Of a stretch of 64,000 bases of DNA, positions 26,544 through 34,563 are shown one piece after another; the first letter of the stretch is position 1, and each line of letters begins with the position of its first letter. This DNA is from a virus. The stretch covers positions 1-64,000 of IMG/VR virus record IMGVR_UViG_3300018476_000013, one strand, 5' to 3'. The notes below the pieces were generated by a model. It was not told the DNA's origin. It made no database searches and worked only from the letters and a program-made list of their open reading frames with translations. The position numbers were made by a program, and so were the translations under genes.

Positions 26544-28045
26544 AGAAGCCAAAAGAAAAGCAATTGATTGCCGTGGGGATCACCTGCGGCATTGGTTCAT
26601 TGCTCGTGGGCGCCAAGGCCGCAGGGTTCAAGGTCGCGGGCAATGTGGAGTGGCGGAAATATTACCACCACCAGGACGAAACCGAGCGCAACACTTTCAC
26701 TGAGAATTTCCCTGGGGCGATCTTCCCCAACTCAGTGGAGCAGATGACGGAAGAAGAGTTCAGGAAGTTCAGCAACCCGGACATCGCTTTAGGCCATCCA
26801 GAATGCGGCAACTTCAGCGTGCTGAATGGCGCCCACAAGGACCGGCTCAACATGATGCTGGACCCTGCTGACATCCCGCTCTTCGTCGATCTGGTAGCCA
26901 AGCTGAAGCCCAGGTTCTTCGTGATGGACGACCTGCCCAAGTCCTTCATGGCGTACCCGATGGAAAAGTACGCAGAGAAATTGCCGGACTATGACCTGTA
27001 TCCGGAATGGATCAGCAACTGGGGCTACGGCAACGTCCAGAAGAACCGGAACCGGATGTTCATGCTGGGCGCGCTGCGGGCCGAGCGGTGGGCTTTCCGG
27101 CCGGGTGAGCAGGAACATACCCTGACCGTGGAAGATGTCATCGGTGACCTTGCTAAGCCATCTGTGAGGGGCAATATGCCCAATCATGACCCCCACGACC
27201 TGAAGTCCGTTTGTGCCAAGGCCCTGAACCTGGGTGAGTGGCGGAAACGGAATACCTGGGGCGAGGTCCAGAAGTACTTCGCCGACAAGGGCGGCGGGTT
27301 CACGCTGGAATATACCAGGGATGACGGCAAGCGGCTGAAGAGGATCGGCTTCCTCAAGGGCCATTGGGACGGGCCATCGCATGTGCTGACTGGTGGCAAT
27401 GCCATCCTGCACCACAAGCGCAATGAACCCTACACCATCCGGGAGCGGGCGCGCATTCAGGGCTTCCCTGATGACTTCGTCTTCTATGGTGCCAAGCTGA
27501 ACCCCAAGGGGGAATGGGAGCATGATGGTGACGGCACCATGGTCAAGCAGACCGGCAAGGCCATGCCAGTGCAGTTTGCTGAATATGTGTCCAAGCAGAT
27601 TGCTGCATTCATCAACAAGGAAGAGTTCGAGTCCAGTGGCCGCCGGGTGATCCCGCCCAATGAATACGTCGACCAGGCCAAGCAATGGTACTGCCAGAAT
27701 GTCGGCTATTCAGTGCAGAAGAAAGCATGTGGGGAATGCTGGCTCTTCAACAAATGCAGCATCAGGTCCGAGAAATACCAAATCGGTCCGCGCGCGCATA
27801 CCACAAAATCCGTTGTGGAAGAATGCCCCACAAATCAGCGAATTACGGGGGCTGTTTTAGGGGGAAATACTAGGACGCGTCAAGGGGGGCTCATGCCCTC
27901 TGCCAAAAAGCCTAATGAAATCAAGGTCCGTGAGGCCAAGAACACGGGAGGGACCAATAAAAAAACGCCCTCCCGAGATCCCCGAACTGGCCAGTCCAGG
28001 AAAACTGTCCATCAACCCATCGAAACCACCATTGAAGAGTTTTGA
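26540..28045 (+). CDS. Atypical DNA cytosine-C5 methyltransferase homologue (possible carboxymethyltransferase)
   Basis: Motif I CGIG, IV GHPECGNFS, VIII QKNRNR, IX RERARIQGFPDDF; VI is DDL and X is QTGKAM. Confidence 0.85.
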   Translation: MKKPKEKQLIAVGITCGIGSLLVGAKAAGFKVAGNVEWRKYYHHQDETERNTFTENFPGAIFPNSVEQMTEEEFRKFSNPDIALGHPECGNFSVLNGAHKDRLNMMLDPADIPLFVDLVAKLKPRFFVMDDLPKSFMAYPMEKYAEKLPDYDLYPEWISNWGYGNVQKNRNRMFMLGALRAERWAFRPGEQEHTLTVEDVIGDLAKPSVRGNMPNHDPHDLKSVCAKALNLGEWRKRNTWGEVQKYFADKGGGFTLEYTRDDGKRLKRIGFLKGHWDGPSHVLTGGNAILHHKRNEPYTIRERARIQGFPDDFVFYGAKLNPKGEWEHDGDGTMVKQTGKAMPVQFAEYVSKQIAAFINKEEFESSGRRVIPPNEYVDQAKQWYCQNVGYSVQKKACGECWLFNKCSIRSEKYQIGPRAHTTKSVVEECPTNQRITGAVLGGNTRTRQGGLMPSAKKPNEIKVREAKNTGGTNKKTPSRDPRTGQSRKTVHQPIETTIEEF

Positions 28046-28066
28046 TCCAGAAAAGGAGTTCTGAAA

Positions 28067-28963
28067 ATGCACGGCGAGAAAGTTCACATTGTCAAGGGGC
28101 AGACCCCCGCTGATTATCACTGCACCTGCAAATTCTGCCAGAAGGCCCTGGGGGAATTGTTGAAGCCTGATGGGACATATTACAGCCGGCTGGAGCGCCG
28201 GAAGTATTATGACCCCGCTGAGTCGGGCAAGAAGGAAGGGGCGCACATTGCCAAGACCCCGCTCCACATTGCCCGCTGGGCCATCCAGAACTATTCTAAA
28301 CCAGGTGACTGGGTTCTTGATCCGACCATCGGCGCAGGCACCACGGCCGTCGAGGCCATCACCCAAGGCCGCAACGTGGCCGGAATGGAAATCGAATTCG
28401 GCGAAGTGCTGAAGAAGAATATCCAGGCCGCACTGGTACTGGCCAATGGGTCGAAGCCCAAAGCCAAGATCGGCCATGGCGATGCCCGCAACATCAGTGC
28501 CTTCCTCGACAAGGCCAAAGTTGAGAAGGTGCAGTTGGTCATCAACAATCCACCCTACTCAGGCGATGCCTCGATGCCGTCGCCCTCCAAGGAAGGACGG
28601 GGTGCCGCTTACCGGGACAAGGAAACCTATTTTTTCTACGACAAGTCCCTGCCGAACTTGGCGTTCCTGAAAGAGGGCCAAGAGTATTGGGATGAGATGA
28701 CAAAAATCTACAAGGCATGTGCTGACCGACTTGAAGTCGGCGGTCACTTCGTCATCGGCATTAAGGACATGAGCAAGAAGAAGCAGCCTTATCTTCTGCA
28801 CAAGATGTTCTGTGAAATCCTGGAAGAGATGAAGTTAAAATTTGTTGGCACGGCGTTCCTGAACCATTACCCTCGAACCCTTCACTTGAACACGTGCGAG
28901 AAGTTTTATGGCTTCAAGCCGCCGTTCTTCCAGACCATCAACGTATTTAAGAAAGCAAAGTAA
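28067..28963 (+). CDS. N6-adenine/N4-cytosine methyltransferase
   Basis: VLDPTIGAGTT (motif I) preceding NNPPY (motif IV). Confidence 0.85.
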   Translation: MHGEKVHIVKGQTPADYHCTCKFCQKALGELLKPDGTYYSRLERRKYYDPAESGKKEGAHIAKTPLHIARWAIQNYSKPGDWVLDPTIGAGTTAVEAITQGRNVAGMEIEFGEVLKKNIQAALVLANGSKPKAKIGHGDARNISAFLDKAKVEKVQLVINNPPYSGDASMPSPSKEGRGAAYRDKETYFFYDKSLPNLAFLKEGQEYWDEMTKIYKACADRLEVGGHFVIGIKDMSKKKQPYLLHKMFCEILEEMKLKFVGTAFLNHYPRTLHLNTCEKFYGFKPPFFQTINVFKKAK

Positions 28964-29526
28964 TGGCCAAGATGAATTACGGACCCCGGTTCGGCGGCAG
29001 TGCAAAATCGCTCTTCAGTTACGATGAGCGAGTGGATAAGGCGATGCAGGCCGACACCATAAGGATGGCGGCGGTCATGAAAAATCAGCCGCAATACAAA
29101 AAGGAGTTAAGGGGTATTGCGACTGCAAAAAGAACTAGGCAGCGTGCTGACGCAGCCCGTAACAACGGCCGTAAGGAATCTGAAATCCGAATGGCCGAAG
29201 CGTTGCGCAAAGTTGTAGGCATCCTCGAAATGCACATGGATGACCTGATGCAATACACCCAAGTTGGGGGTGAACGGATCATCAATCAAACCAACATTCA
29301 CAACGCCATTGTGATGCTGAGGACCAAGTGCGGTCTCAACTTCGTTGGCAGCGAGCAATATAACCAGCGGATTAAAGCTGACCCCGGGCAAGTGATACTG
29401 ACGCTTGAGCAAAAAGAAGATGAGCGTATCCGTCGGATGGAAGAACAAAAGCAAGAACGGAATTATAACCTGAAGCGTATCGCCAAAGAGTTTGCAGCCT
29501 ATCAATTGAAAAAGGAAAATACATAA
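28963..29526 (+). CDS. Hypothetical protein
   Basis: TAATG-coupled ORF. Confidence 0.6.
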   Translation: MAKMNYGPRFGGSAKSLFSYDERVDKAMQADTIRMAAVMKNQPQYKKELRGIATAKRTRQRADAARNNGRKESEIRMAEALRKVVGILEMHMDDLMQYTQVGGERIINQTNIHNAIVMLRTKCGLNFVGSEQYNQRIKADPGQVILTLEQKEDERIRRMEEQKQERNYNLKRIAKEFAAYQLKKENT

Positions 29527-29837
29527 TGGTTGAGATGACTACCGAAGGTTACAACGACATCAAGTTGACGGCATGGGCCAGCCACCTGACAGAAAGTCTG
29601 GCGGCGGCCTTTGCTATTTCCCTGGCCAAGGATCGGGGATGGGAGCCGGAAGAAATTGCTCGGGTGCTGAACCTGGTGTTTCTATCTGGCGGCAAATCAG
29701 GAGTGCCCCGTCACCCAGGGGCTTTGAATATCTCTGTCTTGACCCTTCGGAATTATTTGCGGCATGAGATCGCCACTCCCGAAGAGCTCAAGCATTTCAC
29801 CCAAACTCCCATCCAGAAAAGGATCATTGAGGAATGA
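29526..29837 (+). CDS. Hypothetical protein
   Basis: TAATG-coupled ORF. Confidence 0.6.
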   Translation: MVEMTTEGYNDIKLTAWASHLTESLAAAFAISLAKDRGWEPEEIARVLNLVFLSGGKSGVPRHPGALNISVLTLRNYLRHEIATPEELKHFTQTPIQKRIIEE

Positions 29838-30043
29838 CTAGCAAGAATGATCGGCAGTTTACCCATCCAAACTTCGGCACGGAAGTCCGAGTTGAGGTCG
29901 TTGATAACGAAGTCGCGTTGGTCTTTGTTGCGTCAAGTCCGGACAAAGCAGGACATTTTGCTGATTATCTTCTGGAGCAATTAAAAAGTGGCGCCATCAA
30001 CATCACGCTGATGGGCAAGCCTACTGGTATTGTGGAGAGTTGA
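29834..30043 (+). CDS. Hypothetical protein
   Basis: ATGA-coupled ORF. Confidence 0.55.
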   Translation: MTSKNDRQFTHPNFGTEVRVEVVDNEVALVFVASSPDKAGHFADYLLEQLKSGAINITLMGKPTGIVES

Positions 30044-30054
30044 AGGGATTTTAG

Positions 30055-30095
30055 TTTACATACGAGGTGGACGGGTTATGATGTGACCCGTCCAC
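30055..30095 (+). promoter_or_regulatory. Promoter with operator-like inverted repeat around the -10
   Basis: TTTACA-16-TATGAT; GTGGACGGGT-9-ACCCGTCCAC. Confidence 0.55.
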
Positions 30096-30112
30096 TTCAA
30101 ATATGAGGACTA

Positions 30113-30820
30113 ATGACCCAACCACTTTTTGAATTCTGTCCGACGATAGTCTGCGGGCAAACGAAAAGCGGAGTCAGCATTACTTGCGGCCACTGTTCGA
30201 AGGGAGAAGTCATCGCCGTCAATAAGATGAGACGGCATGGCGAAGACGATTCGGGGATCATTGAACGAATGCTCGCCGACAAATTCGAACGGATAGGCTG
30301 GAAGGTTGGTAATGCCCCCAAGCATCACCGCTGCCCCGCTTGCTTCACAGCTATCAAATCAGCAGCCATCAGGAAAAAGGAAGAGCGCATGTCCGAGAAA
30401 GTAGTGCCCATCACTGCCACCCCCAATGCTCCAGCTAATGCGCCAGTCAATGGGACACCCCAACCACCGAGACCCATGACCCGTGATGAGCGTTACCTGA
30501 TCTTCAAAAAAATCGATGAGCACTATATCGGGGAGACCGTCGGCTACCATGAGAGTTGGAACGACGACAAGATCGCCAAGGACCTGGGCGTGCCCGTGGC
30601 GTTCGTGGCGACCGTGCGTGAAGAAAGCTTTGGCCCCAACATCGACGAACACTCGGTCAAGGTAATGACCGACGCCAAGACCTTGCTGGCTGACATCCGG
30701 CAAGCGGCCTCTGACATGGGGCCGATGATCAAACAGATTGAACCGTTCATGAAACACCTGCATGAATTGGTCGCCCGAAGTTCATCCATTGAAAAGAGCC
30801 TGAAGGAGTTGCAGCGATGA
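30113..30820 (+). CDS. Zn-finger-containing hypothetical protein
   Basis: CGHC...HRCPAC; C-terminal HTH-like DDKIAKDLGVP. Confidence 0.65.
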   Translation: MTQPLFEFCPTIVCGQTKSGVSITCGHCSKGEVIAVNKMRRHGEDDSGIIERMLADKFERIGWKVGNAPKHHRCPACFTAIKSAAIRKKEERMSEKVVPITATPNAPANAPVNGTPQPPRPMTRDERYLIFKKIDEHYIGETVGYHESWNDDKIAKDLGVPVAFVATVREESFGPNIDEHSVKVMTDAKTLLADIRQAASDMGPMIKQIEPFMKHLHELVARSSSIEKSLKELQR

Positions 30821-31005
30821 CTGGTTACCCAAAAGGAGAATTCCCTGAGATCGTTTACCAAGGGGGTCAGACAGGTTGGTGTCTGACATCCCATAAGAGT
30901 TATGAGTTCGAAGACCACATGGAAGCAGTTATTGCTTTGTTGCCGGAAGGGCCGGTTAAAGAAAACCAGATCGAGTGGTTCAAAGAACTCAAGAGGCGGA
31001 AATGA
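30817..31005 (+). CDS. Hypothetical protein
   Basis: ATGA-coupled on both sides. Confidence 0.5.
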   Translation: MTGYPKGEFPEIVYQGGQTGWCLTSHKSYEFEDHMEAVIALLPEGPVKENQIEWFKELKRRK

Positions 31006-31847
31006 AATACCTCGGCGAATATCTGTCTTTCAAACCTGTTGCCAGATTGATCGAAGGCCAGATCAAGGAAGCACCCCCTGTCCGCACAGAACGCTGGCAG
31101 GGGGTGGCGCATAACCAGGACACGCGTGAACTGCTGAACGCCTCATTCATGGTGGATCTGCAGTGCATCGAGGATCTGGATCATTGGCGGAAGGACATCA
31201 AGACCAATCTGCCTTGGGCTGATGACCACTTCATGGAGCGGATCGGCGGCCAGCCATTGAACCCTGGTGTTCAGTGGGCGAACTGGCCGTGGTCCCGGTC
31301 AGCAGCCAACTTCAAGCAGGACAGGTTCAATCATACCTACATGGAAAGGCTCTGGCCCAAGTTTGCCCGCCGGACTGCTGATGGCCGGTTGCCGATGGGC
31401 AAGGGTGCAAGGAAGTATCCGCAGACAGACAACCGGCCAAAGCTGGGGGTCGGCTGGGCTTATGGGGACTTGCTGGATCTGGTGGAGTTGCTGGTCAAAG
31501 AACCCCACACTCGCCAGGGATGGATACCGCTGTTCTTCCCTGAAGATACGGGCATCGGGGATGGCGGCCGCAAGCCCTGCACCCTTGGCTATCAGATCAT
31601 TGTCCGTGATGGCAGAGCCCATATCTATTATCCCCTGCGGTCATGTGACTTCATCCGGCACTGGGCAGATGATTGCTACTTGGCTGTGCGCCTGTTGCTG
31701 TGGGTCATCGATGAATGCCGCAAGAGGTCGGAGTTCTGGAAGAACATCGCACCAGGCACTTATTCGATGCACATGACTTCTCTTCACATCTTTGAAACGG
31801 ATCTTAAGACCAATGAGCAAGCCGAGGCCACCGCAACAAGTATTTGA
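31002..31847 (+). CDS. Thymidylate-synthase-fold enzyme, likely dCMP (hydroxy)methylase
   Basis: TRQ, catalytic PC (RKPCT), RSCD..D, SLHIF. Confidence 0.85.
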   Translation: MKYLGEYLSFKPVARLIEGQIKEAPPVRTERWQGVAHNQDTRELLNASFMVDLQCIEDLDHWRKDIKTNLPWADDHFMERIGGQPLNPGVQWANWPWSRSAANFKQDRFNHTYMERLWPKFARRTADGRLPMGKGARKYPQTDNRPKLGVGWAYGDLLDLVELLVKEPHTRQGWIPLFFPEDTGIGDGGRKPCTLGYQIIVRDGRAHIYYPLRSCDFIRHWADDCYLAVRLLLWVIDECRKRSEFWKNIAPGTYSMHMTSLHIFETDLKTNEQAEATATSI

Positions 31848-31936
31848 TGACATGCTGAAGAGCATCCTGGCCGTTGAAGAAAAACTGAAGCAGGAACAAT
31901 CTTCGCTACAAGCATTAGCTCGAAAGGTAAGGGACC

Positions 31937-32209
31937 ATGAAGCAAAAGGAACTTGAGGAGGCAGAGCGGATCATCCGCGAACTGCTGAACGATCACAGGA
32001 TCAACCGGCATCTGCTGAACTGGTATCAGAACGCTGTCAGTGATGGTATGCTGACGGCGGATCAATTCGAAACATTGAAGAAGATGGCTCGGTACAAGCC
32101 ACCGCCGCAGAAGTCCCCCGCCATGATGCGGGCCAGCCGGGTATCCAAGCGGCCAATTACGTTGGCGCCAATCAAAACTATCAAAGGGAAATTCCATGTC
32201 GATCACTGA
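31937..32209 (+). CDS. Hypothetical protein
   Basis: ORF with AGGGA RBS. Confidence 0.5.
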   Translation: MKQKELEEAERIIRELLNDHRINRHLLNWYQNAVSDGMLTADQFETLKKMARYKPPPQKSPAMMRASRVSKRPITLAPIKTIKGKFHVDH

Positions 32210-33272
32210 TGCAATCCACCAATTCGGCCGGCAGATGGGCCGGGTCTTTCCTGATAGGTCAAAAACAGTTGGTGCAAGTGAAATCGGTTTGTGCGCCCGC
32301 CGGATACACTGGCAGAAAACGGCACAGCCCAAAGACGCTGCCATGACCCGTGCCAAGAAGCAAGGGGACATGAGAGGAGCCACGCAGGCACCAGAGAACT
32401 GGGGTGCCCATGTCCGTGGCACCACCATGGAGCAGATGCTGTGGGAGCCCGCCATGCGGGCCAAGTTTGGCGCCTCGTTGAAGATGGCCGGCAAGGACCA
32501 GAAGACCCTGGTGGTCGGAGATCTATCCGCCACACCAGATGGCTTGGTGGCCGGCAAGGGTGGTGAGCTCCTGAAGTATCACGGCATCAAGTACAAGGGC
32601 GATGTCGTGGTAGAGTCTAAGACCATCGATCCCCGAGTGAATTTGTTGGAAGAGAAAAGCGAGAATGCATTCCAGGTCCAAGTGCAGATGGGGATCATCC
32701 GCGAACTGACCAAGTACAAGCCCGAGTATGCAGTGATCAGTTATATCGATGCATCGTTCTGGCATGATGTCACCGAGTTTGTCGTCCAATTCAAACCGGA
32801 AGCGTATGAGTCTGCCAAGGTCCGGGCATCCAAGATCTTGAAGGCAGACGCAGCGGACTTGAAGCCCGAGGGATGGATCAAGGGCGGCAAGGAATGCAAC
32901 TGGTGTGCGTGGTCGCGTCGTTGCAATGAAATGCGTGGGACCGTGCCAGAGGAAATCAAAGAAATAAATCCGCAAGTCATGGCTGAACTGTCTGACCTGT
33001 GCAGGCAGGCATTGGAGATCCAGCAGCAACAGAATGCAGATGGTGAAGCATACCGGACCCTGCAGGATCAGATCCGGAGCCGGTTGCAAGAGTTAGGCAC
33101 CAAGAAAATTCCGGGCATGGTGTCGTGGAATGGTGTTAAGGGCCGCGTGTCCTGGGACACCAAGGCCATGCTGGAAGAATTGGCAAAGCGGGGAGTGGAC
33201 ACTACTGTCTTCCAGTCCGTCGGCGAGCCAACGACACAATTGGTGATCGATAAGAAGATCATGGTCAAATAG
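32196..33272 (+). CDS. Cas4-like PD-(D/E)xK exonuclease with Fe-S/Zn Cys staple
   Basis: ASEIGLCAR, TPDG, VESKT, QVQVQM, ECNWCAWSRRC. Confidence 0.8.
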   Translation: MSITDAIHQFGRQMGRVFPDRSKTVGASEIGLCARRIHWQKTAQPKDAAMTRAKKQGDMRGATQAPENWGAHVRGTTMEQMLWEPAMRAKFGASLKMAGKDQKTLVVGDLSATPDGLVAGKGGELLKYHGIKYKGDVVVESKTIDPRVNLLEEKSENAFQVQVQMGIIRELTKYKPEYAVISYIDASFWHDVTEFVVQFKPEAYESAKVRASKILKADAADLKPEGWIKGGKECNWCAWSRRCNEMRGTVPEEIKEINPQVMAELSDLCRQALEIQQQQNADGEAYRTLQDQIRSRLQELGTKKIPGMVSWNGVKGRVSWDTKAMLEELAKRGVDTTVFQSVGEPTTQLVIDKKIMVK

Positions 33273-33423
33273 TAGCATGATCTAAATCAACGGACTGGTG
33301 AACATTCTCTTTTTTGTGTCCTAAGACATTAAGAGATTTTTCCTGCCTCAGTTTTGTGTTTTAGTCTGATGCCCGCTTCGTTGAACAAGTTTTGACTGAA
33401 GTGGGAAATGTGAACTGTGAATT

Positions 33424-34158
33424 GTGAACAAGGAAACAGAGACAATGGCTAGAGAAGTAGTGAAGAAAGAAGCGGCGGCTCCCGTTGCTAACCTGCAGAA
33501 GAATTTCTTCGAGCAGTATGGTGAACAGGTCGCCTCGAGTACCTCGATCGTCGGATCGCTTTTGAAATTCAGCAAAGGCGATTGGCTGTTGGGGCAGGAC
33601 GAAACTGAAATTCCCACCGGCACGAAATACGTTGCGTCGATGGATAACTTGTTGGTCGGTTGGACTAAGTGGTCGAACAACAAGCCCGTCGATGAAGTCA
33701 TGGGTCTCGTATGTCAGGGCTGGTCGGCCCCGAAGCGTGATACCCTTGGCGATACGGATCAGAGCCAGTGGGAAATGGATGCTCAGGGGAAGCTTCGCGA
33801 TCCGTGGGTGTTCAACAATCGAATTCTGTTCAAGCCGGTTGGCAAGAAGTATTCGACTGATGTGGCGATCACTTTCATCACCAACAGCCGTGGCGGCCTG
33901 AATGCCATGGGTGATCTGTCAAAGGCCTACGGTAAGGAGATGGCGTCCCACGAGGGTCAGAACCCGATCATCCAGATCGGCACTGACTCTTATCTTCACC
34001 CCAACAAGGAGTTTGGTCGGATCAAGATCCCCCTGATCACTCTCGTTGGATGGGAAAAATCTTCGTTGTTTGATACGACTCCGGTCGATGACGACGATGA
34101 TGGTGGTGTTGAACAGGTCGTCGAGACGAAGAAGAAAGCGAATGGTCGCCGTCGGTAA
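33424..34158 (+). CDS. Putative single-stranded DNA-binding protein
   Basis: LKFSKGDW..G, acidic C-terminal tail; between exonuclease and primase. Confidence 0.65.
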   Translation: MNKETETMAREVVKKEAAAPVANLQKNFFEQYGEQVASSTSIVGSLLKFSKGDWLLGQDETEIPTGTKYVASMDNLLVGWTKWSNNKPVDEVMGLVCQGWSAPKRDTLGDTDQSQWEMDAQGKLRDPWVFNNRILFKPVGKKYSTDVAITFITNSRGGLNAMGDLSKAYGKEMASHEGQNPIIQIGTDSYLHPNKEFGRIKIPLITLVGWEKSSLFDTTPVDDDDDGGVEQVVETKKKANGRRR

Positions 34159-34247
34159 CTGACCCCCACTTACCACGGTTGATCTGGTGAGGGAGTGTCC
34201 TGTGAAGGGGCACTCCCTTACTTGTCACCTCAATTGGAGAACTAGAA

Positions 34248-34505
34248 ATGCACAGCTTTATTAGAAATGAGGATGGGACTTTCAGTATTGGAGTGTGGCT
34301 GAGTTTCAAAGATGAAGGACCTCAATTCTTCCCTATGTTTGATGTGGGGAGTTCGGGGGAGGCTATGAAGGCCATAACTTCTTTGAATGGAGGCGGGACA
34401 GCCTATTATCCTGGACAATCTTATAACTATAGGATCACGAAAGGAAATTGGGTTGTCCCTCAAGGGCGTGATCCTAATGAACAAAAAGAAACCTCAGTGC
34501 AGTGA
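34248..34505 (+). CDS. Hypothetical protein
   Basis: GGAG RBS. Confidence 0.55.
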   Translation: MHSFIRNEDGTFSIGVWLSFKDEGPQFFPMFDVGSSGEAMKAITSLNGGGTAYYPGQSYNYRITKGNWVVPQGRDPNEQKETSVQ

Positions 34506-34563
34506 AGCACTGAGGTAAACTTCCTCCAACGTGGTTAGCGCCACATCAGAAAGCCAGGATAGC

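Noticed and set aside
32196-33272. Cas4-like nuclease as a sign of CRISPR-Cas
   Set aside because: No repeat-spacer array or other cas genes seen; its position next to SSB and primase fits a phage recombination exonuclease
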